DNA of 64,000 nt from Raillietiella orientalis (taxonomy: Eukaryota). This document shows, piece by piece, positions 47,661-60,799 of the stretch. Positions within the stretch are counted from its first letter, which is position 1, and each line of letters begins with the position of its first letter. The stretch covers positions 496,001 through 560,000 of the forward strand of contig JAYWIR010000050.1 of NCBI GenBank assembly GCA_036172245.1, read 5' to 3'. The position numbers were made by a program, and so were the translations under genes. The notes under the pieces are model-generated. The model had not been told where the DNA came from and made no database searches. It worked only from the letters and a program-made list of their open reading frames with translations.

Positions 47661-50600
47661 ATGAAGACATGCATGGCTGAGGAGGGCAGCTGGTACAGCG
47701 ATATCTGCGAAACCATTATGGATATTTTTTCCTGTTCTACGAGGGCTCGCTTTTCCGGAAAGCTCTTGAATGTTCCCCTCAGTTACGAGGTGAGGCGCGG
47801 GATCCTTGGGGGTGTGTCACTCTTCCCGCTAAAGCTGGCGTGGATCACCCCGGTGTACTTAGGCGCCGATGATAGTTTATTCTACCTCATCATCGACAGC
47901 ACAACTGGGAACACCGCGGTGCTGTCGGACGAATGCTACAGCTCCAGCTGCAGTGGGTGTTGCTTGAGCGCAGCTGGAGGTGTTGCTCGTGTGTCTTGCA
48001 GAGAACACGGCGAGCTACCAACTCAGCGGATTCGAGCAGGTCCTGAGCTACACGAATGACAGTGATAGGAAGAGCAGCTCGTCTGACCGATTGGTGTCGA
48101 TTGGCTTGAAGGTTTGTTGCGTACGGCAGTCCTTGGGCTGTGCCGAGCGAGCAGAGCGTGGTTCCTCAGTTTCCAGCTCCCACCTCCTCCGCGATGCAGC
48201 GAAGGGATCCTCGTAACTGCTTTCGGATCTCTCGCAGCAAGATCAGTAGTAGCTGATGCAGGATACTCGCGGATTCGTCGCTGATGGTTTCTCAGTGCTG
48301 GTATTCAGTGCGTTGATCTCATGAGCTCCGATGCGGTCCCCCGGGCAAAGTTGGACCCTGGTGGTTCCGATTCAGCTCGGAGGGGTTGGTTCGAGCGGGA
48401 GACGAAAGGCAAAGTGGTTTTCGGCTTTCGAACCGGAGGGTTTGATGGTGGCCGTTAGGGCGTCGGTCCAGTGTTTCAACCTCTTGCAGATAGCATCAGG
48501 TCTTCCTGCCGGAGCCATGGTAGCCTGTCGGGGGCTTGGCTTGTGTCGCTGAAGGAACGCCCGTGCTTTCCTTCAGTCTTTGCAAACTCCTGGCCGCTGG
48601 CCCTGGCCAGAGGTTCCCAGAGTGACCAGCTTTCGCATGGGAAAGTCCGTGCCGGGAGTCGTTTTCGATTCGCACGCCCTGACGCCACTATGCGCGCGGA
48701 CGCGCGCGCCATGAGTGTCCGCATGTCTTTGAGGACGGCGACGACAACCAGGGAGCCTCGCAGCGTGTGTGCCACGTGATCGTGCGTGGACCGAGTCGAC
48801 TGCAGTTTGGCACCCATTCCTCTGTCCCATGACGAGAAGAGGTGATTCAGAGAAGACTCGGCGCGCATCAGAAACGATTCAGGATGACGACGGTTAGTTG
48901 CTGACCGCGGTCGCTCTTTTCGGAGGTCTCCTGCGTGGTCATGCGGGAGTTGCTCGTCCTCGCTCGCCTTCGCCGAGGAGTCTCCTCGCCACTTCCTCGG
49001 TTCGAAGTCGCCTGCTGGCGTTCTCAAAGAGCTTGAAAAATCAGCCTGGAGGCTGATTTTTCATTGGTGCCGGCTCGGTCACCCCTGGCGCGCGCGACCC
49101 CCGCGGAACGATCCCCACAGGAAAACTGCGTTCGTTTCTTGGGGTTCGGTTCGAGAAACCTCTGCCGCGCTTGCCCGGGTTCCCGGTCGAACGCCTTTGC
49201 TCGGAAGGTGCGCCCTTTCGCGCGGCTGTCCGCCTCGGACTTGCTCGGTTCGCGGAAAATGGCGTCGTCCCTCCAACCGCGGCTGCGCCCGCGTGCGCTC
49301 CGGGGATTTCCCCTGTCGCGCACGGCGACGGCTTTCGCTGGAGCTCACTGCTTTCTTTGCAGTTTGGTGACTGCGCCAAGGTGGACAAGACCGCCGTCCT
49401 TGTCTTGGAGAAAGGTAACGAGCCCAGGCCCAAAGCGTCAGGAATCTTTGGGATTGCTCCGGTGGACGCCATCACCGGAGTGAAGTCGGCAGTCCGTTCC
49501 TTCCTGGACGAGAAATACTGCGGGAAACAGGCGTACATGACCTTGAAGCTCGACAGGTGGCTGCGGCGCGCACGTGGCCCTCCAATGCACTCCAGAACGC
49601 TCTTTCAGAAAGAGGAAGGAGGGGCAACTGATCCTGAAAAACACTCCTCCGAAAGCCAAGGACGCCTTCGTCGTTCCGAATAGGGACTTAACGAGGAGGT
49701 ATTGGAGGGTTGTCATCGACAGGTAACGCACTGCTGTGGTCCGTGGCGGATATCGCATGTCCAGGGGCGCAGGCTGGGATCTCACAGATCCGTTTCTCAG
49801 GAGCCGTAGGCAGATGCAATTGTTCCCTAGCAACGCGATGCTGTGGTCGTGAGGGGAAGCACTCGCGGGATGTCGATGATGTCCCGGGAGTTTCTCTTTA
49901 TTTTTTTCCTTTCGCGGATGGGATTTCGGTGGAAACGCCTGAAAAAAGAGGAAAAGGGGGGGGGGTCAAAAGTGATGTATAGGCCGGAAGGGAACCAACC
50001 CTGGTTGCGCAACGTCGGAAGAGGGATGAATTGCACGAACGTTGCACTGCTGGTGTCGGAAGTGCCGCCGCATTGCCGGCTGCCACAGAAAACAGGCACT
50101 CGGAGACTTTGCCCCGCAGGCAGTAAAGATGGTTTTTGGTCACACTTTCGAGAGAACGGAGCACCTGGTGTCCAGAGCAGGAGTCTTCAAGGGCGAAGAC
50201 AGAGCTCTCCCAATCCCGCCCCGCTCGCCTTCTGGTTCCCGTGGACACAAAACCCTGCTTCTGCAACAGGCACTAAAGCGCTCCGAAATGGACACTGTTC
50301 CCCCCCTCCGTTGATAGGCAGTCCCTCAGGGAACAAGGCCGATGCCGCGAGCGGAGGTGCGGCGTCCTCCAAGCAAGTGGCTTCGTCGCGCTCCCTGCGC
50401 GCGCATCTGGACCGTACCCTTCGCGGCCCTCGTTTTGGGCGGCTGCGACGGATCTCCGAGCAGGACCCACTCAGCAGTTCCGTTCCATTCCAGTCTGCTC
50501 GTTGGCAACGAAGAAATCTGCCCGCAAACTTGCATCGCTGAACTGGACACAGGAACTCCGATCTCCAAAGCCTTTACTCCGAAGATGAAAGTGCTGTTCA

Positions 50601-50982
50601 ATTCTGGGATACTAATTCATGGCGAAATCTACAAGGTAATCCTTCCTGGCAGATGGTCCGATGCTGCTTTTCCTTCAAAGGTCGACTGCAATATTGCGCC
50701 AGAGCTACCGGCAATTACCTACAGAATCGGGAACCTTACATTCGTGGTCGACTCGACGGATTACGTCATTCCGGTGAGATAACTCTAGACGCGACAGGAG
50801 AGAGGGGTCGGCTGCACGGCGGATTCCAGACTCCTGAAGAGCGGCATTGCTTCCTGGCATATTCGGATAAGTTCCGAAAGGCACTCCCCTCGGCTCACAC
50901 GCTGTCCTCAACGGTCCTGGAGAAGCTGACGACAACGTTCGACTTCTACAACAACAGAATGACCTTCTCCCCTCGACGATGA
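47354..50982 (+). CDS. Secreted pepsin-fold protein, paralogue C; probably inactive; 9 exons, 370 aa
   Basis: Exons 47354-47412, 47660-47789, 47835-47952, 48002-48111, 49363-49556, 49609-49722, 50494-50635, 50681-50773, 50830-50982, all GT-AG, open frame of 1113 nt. Motifs YLIIDSTTG, SGIFGIA, CPQTCIAELDTGTP, VDCNIAPELPAITYRIG, TTFDFYNNRMTF. Confidence 0.87.
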
Positions 50983-51899
50983 TTCCAGCATGAGCGCAGG
51001 CATGGGCGGAATCACGCCGTGTTGCTGTGGATGATGTCGCTTCAGACGTTCTTTCTCTGCTGCAGCTGGAAATAAGAACTCGTATATGTATGAATCGCAT
51101 TCACGTTCTCTCAGCACATACTACACGAGTAACGTGTGTATCTCCATGGGAGACATGGGACGAATGGGACGCATCGGCACATCCCGTGTGCTCCACAATC
51201 CTTCTTTCGTCAAGCGGCTGCTCTTGCTTCTGGGACTTTCCTTTCGGGATCCGGAACTCAGAGCGAGGCTCCCGCGCCCCTTCCGATGGACAGCCAACGC
51301 CGATTTCCCGGATCACGCGTCCACCTCAGTCCACCACCGCACCTCCATTTCCGTGGCAGCCGTTGGCCGCTGCGTTTTCGAGTTGCCGCTTCCGTCTGGA
51401 ACTGTGGCTCGCACCACGCCTTTTCGCCAATGAAGAAGAAAGCGGCTGGACACGAAAGATCCAGTCCACCCAGGGGGGGAGGCAGGAAGGTAGCGCTCTT
51501 TACAAGAGCGGCCGAGCGCGAGGGGAAATGTCCGGCACGATCCGATGGCACGATGCTGGAAACGGTGACACGAAAGCACCCTCTGAGATGAGCGCTGCAC
51601 GCCCTCGCGCAGCGTCCTTCAGTTCACTCCCGCGCCTTTGGATCCAGCGACATATGCAGCCGGAAGTCTGTCACGGGCGGTGTCCCCTTCGGTCGTGCGG
51701 CGGCTATGGAAACGGTGGGATCCCATTACGCGAGCGACGGGAAGGGAGCTGCTTTCAAACTTGGGATTGATCTACGGCTGCCATCCATATGCACCGAGGC
51801 CTTCGATAAATAAGGAGGAAGCACGAAAGTGGGTAAGAAGGATGCCCGGTCCTCGAGAAGATTCAAGCAGGGCAACGCCCCCCTTGAGGCTGCTCTCGC

Positions 51900-53493
51900 G
51901 GAAGGACGAATGGCCAGAACGTCCACTTTGCCGCTGGGGCGGTAGGGTTGCTAAGGAGCTCGAGGCATCAGGTGACCAAGCACCCATCGCGGTCGCGCCA
52001 GGGGGAATTCCCCAAGTGCAAGCGGCGCGGCGCGGCTGGTGGGACGCTGTCATTTTCCGTTGAGCCAGAGGAACCCACTGCAGCGCGGACGAGCTGCGCC
52101 CACTCGGTGCACCCGTCCCTTGCCGGAGAAGATTCCGCCATGGAGCTTGGGTGTCTGTAAACCACACGTTTCGCGGACGCTCGTTTCCGTCGAGGCCTGT
52201 GTCACGGGAATGGGGAGGGAAACCTTCCGTCTGCCGATGGGTGACCGTCTCCTCGGGCCACGGGCGCTCCGGAAGACCCGCTTCTGCCACGCGCCGTCAC
52301 CTTTGCAAGGAGGGACCGTTCCTGGGTGACGAACAGAGCGCGGTTCCTCCTCCCGACTAGCAGTGGGGTGGATCCTCTGATCCCGAAGCAGCAATACAAA
52401 CCATCGAGCTGACAGTTTGCCCTTGCCGCAGGTGGCGTCAGACGGCCTCCACTGAATGTTTTTGCTGCCGAAGAGACGCCGAACCTGTGGAGTGGGCGTT
52501 CAGTCGGTGGGGCTGGTAAAGGTCCAGGGAATGGGGAAGGGAGGCAGCTTTTCTTTGGAATGCCTGTAGGGTGCAGAGGATGCTGGGATCCCACCGCAGC
52601 TTCTGATCCCGATTTCTCCTTTCCTTCCTATCGAATGAACCCTTCGGGATGTTCTGCACTCTCCGGTGGCAAAGGCCTCCGGGGATTGGTCCTCCCGATG
52701 TGGATGCTCCACGTGAAGAAGGCAAGAACTGTCTTCGACGTGCAGCTGCGCAGAGGGACGATCCCTTGTCCCACTGGAAAGTTTCCACAGGATATCTATC
52801 TTGGGGTGGATCATCTTCTCAATGTACATCCACTTCACTGGTCGATACCCTGCAGGTGCAGAGAGAAGCGCGTCCTTTTCCACTGTAGGTGCGGAACGGG
52901 ACGTGAGTCCTTTACCACGTGTCCGTGCTCAGGAAAACGAAAATCCGGGATGCATGGCACGCAGGAAACCAGAGGACAATGCTCCACCGACGAGAATGAA
53001 TACCGCCCGAGCCTGTTCATCAGTTCGTCGTCCATGTCTCTGCAGAGGACCGTCGAGGGATCGACCAAGTGGGCTCGCGCATGTGCCACGCTCTAGGCTG
53101 CTGCGCTGCCTTCCCTACGGGGAAGAGGCTTTTCCCAGCGGGGGTTGGTAGCCGGCGAGACGTCGACGGGTCATCTCGCACAATCCCGGAAGTGAGGAAA
53201 TACCTGGACGAGTGTGCTCCGGAAGATCCGGCTACCGCGGCCGCTATCTGCCTCCGGGCGAAGGGACTCCGCCTGCAGGCCGAAACTTCGAGTGCACTAC
53301 CGGAAAAACTCTCTGCTCCTCTCCCATGTCTGCAGACTCCCGTACTCCTCCCTGGTGAAAGTAGCACGACCACTGGTGCTCCTCTTGCACCGAGGTCCCC
53401 CTTGCGAGGTGTGCTTGCGCCACGTGACAAGGGGGAGATGTCTCCGGAATGTTCCGGGTGCGGAACGGTGGGATCGCTCCCGCACCCGTTGGA
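51900..53493 (+). mobile_element. Decayed Tx1/L1-like ORF2 fragment
   Basis: ELGCL (YLG remnant) and PECSGCGTVGSLPH zinc-finger remnant, truncated by an oppositely oriented terminus. Confidence 0.6.
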
Positions 53494-53900
53494 TTTCACC
53501 CCAGGATCTCCGGGGCGTTGGTTGCAAACAATAAACATGACAAGACGGTAGGGTCGTTGACCCTATCGAGTCCTGACTAGGGAACAGCTTGCCGAGAGTC
53601 CGGCGCAGACTGAGGAAAACGGTCGCGACAGCAGAGGAAATGGAAGAAGAGAAAAAACAAAAGCAAGAATATGCATAACTCTGGGGGCCGTCCTCTGCAT
53701 CCTCTCGAGGATGCCAAAAAGTTCTTTACTGGTTTTTCTCAGTTGGAGCCATCTCGTCTCCCTGCGCAAAGAAACGGCAGAGTAGATGGCGACTTCGGAG
53801 CAGTCTCCTCCTCTGGAGTCTTTTCAGACCACCACAATCCTGCCTGGACAACAAAGGGATGCTGGGGATGAGACCGACGGCAATGCGTCGTGCAGAAAGA
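53494..53900 (-). mobile_element. Non-LTR 3' end
   Basis: RWLQL..KELFGILERMQR and terminal hairpin 53494-53525. Confidence 0.65.
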
Positions 53901-53969
53901 GAGGATTCAGTGCGTACCTGGGTTGCCACGTGGGGTCCGGAGGGTCGTCGTTGCAAAACATCCCTGCAA

Positions 53970-55680
53970 CGGTCGCGGGCAACTCAGCCTACGGACGTTC
54001 ATCTCATAAAAAGGGACTAGTTCGGAACACGCTGGTTCCCGACCGAAGACAAAAGTTCGAGAGGGGATCCGACGACACGCAGGTCGGGATAACGGAAAGT
54101 CCGGAACGGGAAAAGGGACCGAGGGCCAGCACAAATAAAATAAAATAGGCGAAAGATGCAGAAAGATGGGATGGGGTTGGGATCTTTGATTTGGATCCGT
54201 GAGTTTTGGAACAGTTGAGGAAAGAAAGGGAGTAGGGAATGAGAAAAAGGGAAAGAGAGGCAGAAGACAGGGGTCACCGGTGTCCGCCGTTCCTAGCTCT
54301 CCTTAAACCGGTGCTGGATGCCGGAGAAATACTCCTTGAATTCTTGTTCCAGGTGAGACCACCTTGAGGCCATCTTTATGCAGGAGGCTACCATCCCGGT
54401 GACCTCTCTTCGCTGCTTTGCAGTCATCTCAAGCACATAGCAGACCGCGACGATGGCATAGATGCAACCATCTCGTCCTTGCAGCCACCCCACCCGTCGA
54501 GAGTCCTTTCGGCGCGAAGAACCGCCGCAGCACTTCTCGGACGGTGTCCTCCTGGCTGCAGGAGCGCTGCTGCCAGCTTCTTCTGCCACAGTTTTTGGAG
54601 TCCAGACCGCAGTCCAAAACTCAGTTGCGGCGGGATTGACTCCGCCGACACGTGCCTGGCACAGTTCGGGGGCGCAGCCCCTGCAAGGTGCCGCCGCTCG
54701 TTGCACTGGAGTCCCCAGTGGAAGAAGAGCAGCACAGTCTGTTTGCAGGAGAGGGGAACACTAAATTGTACAGGCAATGGGCAACGAATACATTGCCTGG
54801 ATACTCTTGTGAGAGAGACCACATGTTCTTCGGGAGCAACACTCAAATGTTTGCTCCATCGAAAAAGTCCCGTCGCCAAAGAACGCGCAGCGGTAGCAAC
54901 TACCAACTCGCACGTCTCCCAACCATCAAGGAGTTTGCTTTTTTCCGCGATGGTGCAGGAAAATTCCCACCTCTCCTGTTGTCTACTGTCATGTCTTGCT
55001 CTGAGGGCAGATAGCGCTGCGGCGAGGGGTTTGGCGACCAGAGTCGAAGACTTCACGGCATCCTGCATCACCGCTTCCAGAGGTTGGGACAGCAGGTGTT
55101 GCAGGCGGTGGAGTTCTTGAGGGAGCATTCCTTGGAATGCACACCAGGATTCAACAGCCTCCTGCCACCAGGCGCTGAAGATCGTTGAGCGGCAGGAAAT
55201 CCACGGTTCGCTACTACCACTAGGAAGGGCGAGTTGACTGAGGGGGAAGCCGAATCCCAGCATCCTGTTGTGAGTGCTCGGCAATAGCGCGAGCAGTCCT
55301 TCGCTGCCAACGCATCTATGGAGATCTTCACATCGGGATGCCGTCTTGGGCATCCTGACGACGGAAAAAATCGATCTGAAAGGTGTATTTCCGGATGCTG
55401 CCACTCTGTGCCAAGCGGTGGGCTTCCTCGCGGTGTACGCCTGAGCACCTCATCCTGCGTCGTTGCGTTGGCAGCGGAGGACTCTTGTCGCTGCTTCCAC
55501 GCTGGAGACACCGATGCAGGGATTTGGTTTTCTGCTGATGCAAAGTGCCTCGCTGCTGAAATCCCACCCTTGGATCTCCTGCCGCCCAATGAACTCGAAT
55601 GCGTGGCGACAGGGGCTGTGTCCCTCCTGGATAACGTCAATGTGAACCGGATCAGAAGATCTGTAAGCAAAGCACTTTGA
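53970..55680 (-). mobile_element. Non-LTR ORF2 3' fragments (GIQHRF subfamily), with a second PWISCR fragment stacked upstream
   Basis: PWISCR..WWQE, WEFSC, FHWGLQCNERRH..NCAR, RWSHLE..SGIQHRF. Confidence 0.75.
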
Positions 55681-55789
55681 AGATTTAATGGACCGAGTGG
55701 GCATATCCATCAACCCGGCAAAATGCTCTCCTTACAATACGGTGAGAAACCCTCAAAAAGACCAAAAGAAATAAAGATAGAGGTGAGGA

Positions 55790-56690
55790 AAAGGAGAATC
55801 TCTTGTATTGCTTCATCAAAGGCACACAAAAACTTGGGAAAACCCTTTGAGGTCGAGGTGTTCGACTCGCTGGAAGAGGAAATCTGTCAGAAGGCGAATA
55901 CCATCCTAGATAGTGGGTTATCGAGATGGCAAGAAATTGACGCCATAGAGACTTTCTTTCCCAGCCTCGTTCACTACGAGAGACTGGCAACTCATCAGGA
56001 GGAAGAATGGCAGGACATCGATGAAGAAGTTGGACGGAGAGTAAAGAAAGCTCAGCATCTCCCTCCCTGGACCACCAACGAATACCTGCATGAAGGAAGA
56101 AGGAAAGGTTTTCTGGACCGATGAAGCTGACCACGTTCACCATTAACAGCTACTTCAAATAACTCACCTCCTCAGACTATGCGGTGAAGACTTTGACCCA
56201 TGAAACGTTTAAGGAAGTGGTCCAGAAAAGAATCCTCGAATCAGCAGCTGTTGGAAATCTCGGGGATTTCACGACGGGGAGTTCCTCCTGAAAATTCTCA
56301 CAGCACAGCAGGGATATCGAGAGCCTTTGGTCAAAAAGAAGAAGAGCCTCGGGAAGAACAAAGGCCCGCTGGAAGTTTAATAATGGAGAGCCCAATGTAA
56401 CGGTCGACGGCGTCTTCTTCAGCAGCAGCGTGAGGAGTTAGTTTGCCTCCGGAGTGAGAGCACTGCATAGGACAGCACGCGAGTCAATCTCCAGTCCATA
56501 AGCCACAACAGTCAAAAGAAAGCCATGCAGTATGTAGACATGAAGCACTCCTCAAGTTTCTTCCTCACCAATAGAGAATAATCGAGGTTCTAGGACTACA
56601 GATTCATCCACGCAGCCCGACTAAATGTGCTATCCGTTAGGGCTGGACCCAGGATGAAACCAGAGAAACGCGCATGTCAGCTCTGCCAGA
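55790..56690 (+). mobile_element. NeSL/Utopia-like (RLE-class) non-LTR retrotransposon fragment, pseudogenised
   Basis: SGLSRWQEIDAIETFFPSL..LP..EYL and SRF*DYRFIHAARLNVL..CQLC match my recollection of the post-RT and RFADWRFIHRARLN-CxxC motifs of this clade. Confidence 0.6.
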
Positions 56691-57099
56691 TGGATAGGCA
56701 CCCCAGTTAGACAGATGAGGAATCCCGGAAGGAAGTGGAGAGCTCTCTTTGAAATGCGAATGTAAAATTGTAAATCCAAGCAATGGAGAAAATCGACTCG
56801 TAGATCTCACATGTGGTTCCGGGCTAACTCCCACTGTAGAAGCCCAGGAGGGAAACACTTGCCGCCACCCAACCGAGTTCCTTGGGCGGCAGGATATCCA
56901 AGGGTGGACTTCCAGCGCCGGAGGATGAGGAGCGCAGGCGTACACCACGGAGAAGCCCACAGCTTAGCACAGGATGGCAGCATGCGGGGCTGCACCTGCA
57001 GTTCGATTTTTTCAGTCATCAGGTGGACTAAACCAGCATTCCGAAACAGCGCCGCCAAGTCTTTCAGGCGGATTCGGGACCTTGCAGCACCCCACAGGA

Positions 57100-58660
57100 C
57101 TTTTCATGAGAGGTGCTGCTCCCGGATCTTCAGCGTGTATGGGGGCGGACAAACAAAAAACAAGGAGCAGAGAAGGGGGCAACGAGAGTGTTCCAAATGG
57201 AGGCCCGGCAGCCGCAACTTGCTGTCGAGGAACGGGCCGGGAGCCATCTCTGCCTTCCGAAGAAGACTCCTGGACCATTGGGAGGCAGGTTCTGCCTGCC
57301 GGAGCGGGCCTCGATCTAGAACTCTTTTGTGGCTCTCCTCCTCCGACTGCTTCTTTTTGCCTGTTCCCCTCCAGCTGAGGCGAGACAGAAAGGTTGATGG
57401 TCTATTGCGCTTTGCTGTCCCGATTTTGCCTCGAGGACATTGCTGCGCCTCGGATGGATGCCGGGCTCGGCATCCTGAAGTAGGAAAGGCTGGAACTGAA
57501 GTTCCACTTTCAAAGACTCGCCCTGATGAAGAGGGCACGGAACCAGTAGTGGAATCTGCCCGCTCGCCACATTTTGCGGCGAGCATCCGGTTGAGCGTCC
57601 CTGTTTTTCCTCACTGGAAATGGACGAAGTATCCTGGGGTTTCCCTTGAGACTGGTCGTCTGCCTGCTGGAATCCAATGAGTGCATCTCCCACCGCCCTG
57701 TGAATTTCAATGCCTGGCGGCAGGAATCCGCGGGTACTTGGGCTCGGCTCACCAGCACTAGCCGGGAAGATCTCGTTCCGGTTCAGCGGTCTGGCAGGAT
57801 GCCACCTGCAGAGAATCATCGACGGGCCGACCAAGTGAGCCCGTGCATCCGCCAAGCCTTTGGCCGCAGCTGTCTTCCCTATGGGGAAGCAATGACAGTG
57901 GATTACCGGCTAGGTGGGAGTCCTCCTGCCACATCGATGGAGTGGAAAAACTCCCAGGCAGGTGTCCACGAAAGTGCTGGACGATGCGGCTACGCCCTGT
58001 TTGCATGCGAAGGGACTTCGCCGGTGGCCCGATACCTTGTCTGTGTTTCCGGAAGAACTCTGTGCTGCTCCCTTGTGTCTGAACACTGCTGTCCTGCCTC
58101 TCCGGTGGCAACACGAATGGTGCCGTTCTTGCATTGGGGTCTTTCCTGCAATGAGCGCATGCATCACGTAACGAGAGGAGAGTTCCTGCAGAGTGTGCCA
58201 AATGCGGGGAAATCGAATCGCTCCCCCACCTGCTGATGAGCCGCAGCGGCATCCGTCCTCTGTGGAGGTGGCTGGCATCGGCTGTTCACCACACGGAAAA
58301 TGCTCCAGATGATCTGCTGCGTCGCATCTTTAGCCGAGACGGGCTCTCGTCTGCTGCCGTAATCGCGACTTTGTGTTGAGTCCACGGCATCGTCATGCTA
58401 TTCGTTGGAGCTGCGCGAGGGCAACGAGAGGCTGCCTGCATAGGATCAGAGCGTCCTTCTGAAGAAAGCAAACAGGTGGTCTCGTCTAAAACGGAAAGTC
58501 AACAGGGAGATCAGAGACATTGCAAGAAGAATTCAGAAGGGGCAGCAATCGCGGTATCCCCTTCCCCGCCCATCAAATATTTGTTTGTTCCCCTCATTTC
58601 CTCAGTGCTGAAAACTATTTCCTTTTCTTTTACTCTTTTCCTCTCAGTCTTTTCGAACAA
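57100..58660 (+). mobile_element. Decayed Tx1/L1-like ORF2 3' fragment
   Basis: CISHRPVNFNAWRQES, WESSC, LHWGLSCNERMHH, CAKCG; T-rich tail. Confidence 0.65.
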
Positions 58661-59099
58661 AGAATAACTTCGATAGAAATCTACAGCACGGAACTCTCAA
58701 TAATCATTCCTTGCACTAGAGTGCAGCAAGTGACACCAAAACCTTCCTTGATTCTGGAACAGCAACAACGTTTCTTCTGATGCATGATGTCTCCTCTTAC
58801 ACTCGAGGATACCATCCTTCAAATATGTGGTCTTTTACTTTTCAAAGAACATCTACCGGAGACATTGATGTTGATGCTGAAGAAGATGCAGAAGTAAAGA
58901 AAGGAATAAGAAGGAAGTGCTTCATTTCAGAAAAGATTCTTTCCCTTGTCTGCTGGTTAAACACTTTCCCAGCATTATTAGGAAGATAGGGGTGCTTCAA
59001 GAAACAGAGAAATGAGGGAACCATTGGGAAGTACTTAATTCAGGGATCTTTGGTTGGAACTGCGGATGGAGCTCGATAGTCATCTAAAAACAGTTCCTT

Positions 59100-59720
59100 C
59101 TTCAATTCAGTTGAAATCCCTACACTTTCTGTAAGGCACTGCGGGCCGCGGCGTCTATCAGCTGGCCCGTAGTCTACCCAATGAGCGTCCTGACGTGACC
59201 TCAGTGGAGACCCCCCATTTCGCCGGTGGATTGGTCGCTGCTGCCAATCTGCTCCCTCGCAGTGGGCAGCACTGCGACAAGGGAGGTTCCTTCTGCCCAC
59301 GCGCACTTGGTGGAAACTCCTGCAGCGGAGGAGCAGCTGCTGCGAAAGAAGTGCGGCAGTCGCTGCCGCAACTCCGGGTGCGGCTCAGCGGGACACGTTG
59401 TGGCTGGTGGAGTACGCCGGGAAGGAAGGGAGTCCTCCGCAGCCGTTGCCTCGTCTGGACAGAGGTACGCCGACTCGAAGCAGCTGGTGCTCTGGTGCTT
59501 CACCACGAGAACCAAAGTTCTCTACGAAGCGGCCTCTTGGGCTGTTCCAGCGTCAGGGGACCGAGATCATCAACCCGACGCAGAGCGCGCAAGTTTTCCT
59601 GGCAGACTGGGAACGTCCCACTTGCTTCTCACGAAGAGATTCGAAGGAGTTCCTTTGTCCGTTTCTTTTCAGAGGTAGGTGTGCAGCGAACCAAAAGCAG
59701 GAGGTGAAAGACGGAGGTCA
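59100..59720 (+). mobile_element. Decayed non-LTR C-terminal fragment
   Basis: CGSRCRNSG remnant and WERPT/EEI end, resembling other copies. Confidence 0.4.
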
Positions 59721-60799
59721 CGTGCGTGCTCCACACCGCGGCTCGTTCCGGCAAGAGGGACGGGTCTCCTTGGGGCGGGTCGAGCGCCGACTCTGCTTTA
59801 CCAAAAGCCGCAAGTATTACCCGTTGGCTCTGTCAAAGAGACAGTTCTTTTTTCTTCGAGTCGGTGACCTGGACGAGCTCCGCTCGGAAGGGTGGTTGAC
59901 TTGCAAGTGCGTTGCATCTTTCAGGTGCATTTTCGAGGGTTTCTTTTCCATAGTGAGGTTGTGTGGTGGATAGTATGGTTTGTCGACATGGGCAAAAAGC
60001 CAACGTCGGCCAAGGACCTGCCTGCCACCGCACCGGAGGCGAAGCAGGTCGCTCCGCAAAAGGGAAGCCACGAAGGCTCCAGTAAGAAGAACGGGGAAGT
60101 CTCCTTTCCCACTCGCTTCTGAAGCGAGGCCAGCAAGGGACCTTTAAAGGATGTGGAAATGCGGCCTTACCTAGCCCAAGGTTATAACGGATGTGCTCTC
60201 AACGGATGTGGAAACCCGCAATCCGCTATAAGGTAACCTATAAGGAAAGCAATTTGTGAGCTCTACGCTAGGGCTCTAGAGTGGTGTTTGCAAAGGTGAC
60301 CTCGGTTCTCTCATCCTGCTGACGGAAATCAAGGCTCAGGAGGGACCTGCAAAAGTGCTGAACTCGCCCAACGTCTTTTTTGCACGCAGCTGAGCATCAA
60401 AGGTCGAAGGGTTTTCCCTTTCACGGTGGCTTGGTCTTTCGTCATTTAACATGAAAATCCCACTCGGTGTGTCCGACCGCTATGTCATTGTAGTGCTAGC
60501 GGATCATGCCTCCAGGCACGCCCTTTGAAAGAAAACTCTTAAAAAGGTTTCCTTTCCGAAAAGGAAAGGAAACCTTTTCAAGAGTTTCCCCTCTTCGCAC
60601 AGTGAGCTGGATGCATTTTCGCCGAAAGGACGAAAATTCCCCATAAACTGCAGATCGGCGGAAGAAAAGTCGAACTCTGGTGTGTGGGAAGTGCGAGCGC
60701 AGCGAAGCGGGACATCTCAAGAGAAGGCGCCTGAGGAGCAAGTGCCGCGGCTGCAAGCTACTCAGGCGGGCATGCCCTAGACTCACAGCAGAGACTTCT

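Noticed and set aside
60600..60725. WMHF..CGKC..HL resembling a BED zinc finger
   Set aside because: Contains a stop, spacing is poor, and no transposase or TIRs follow.
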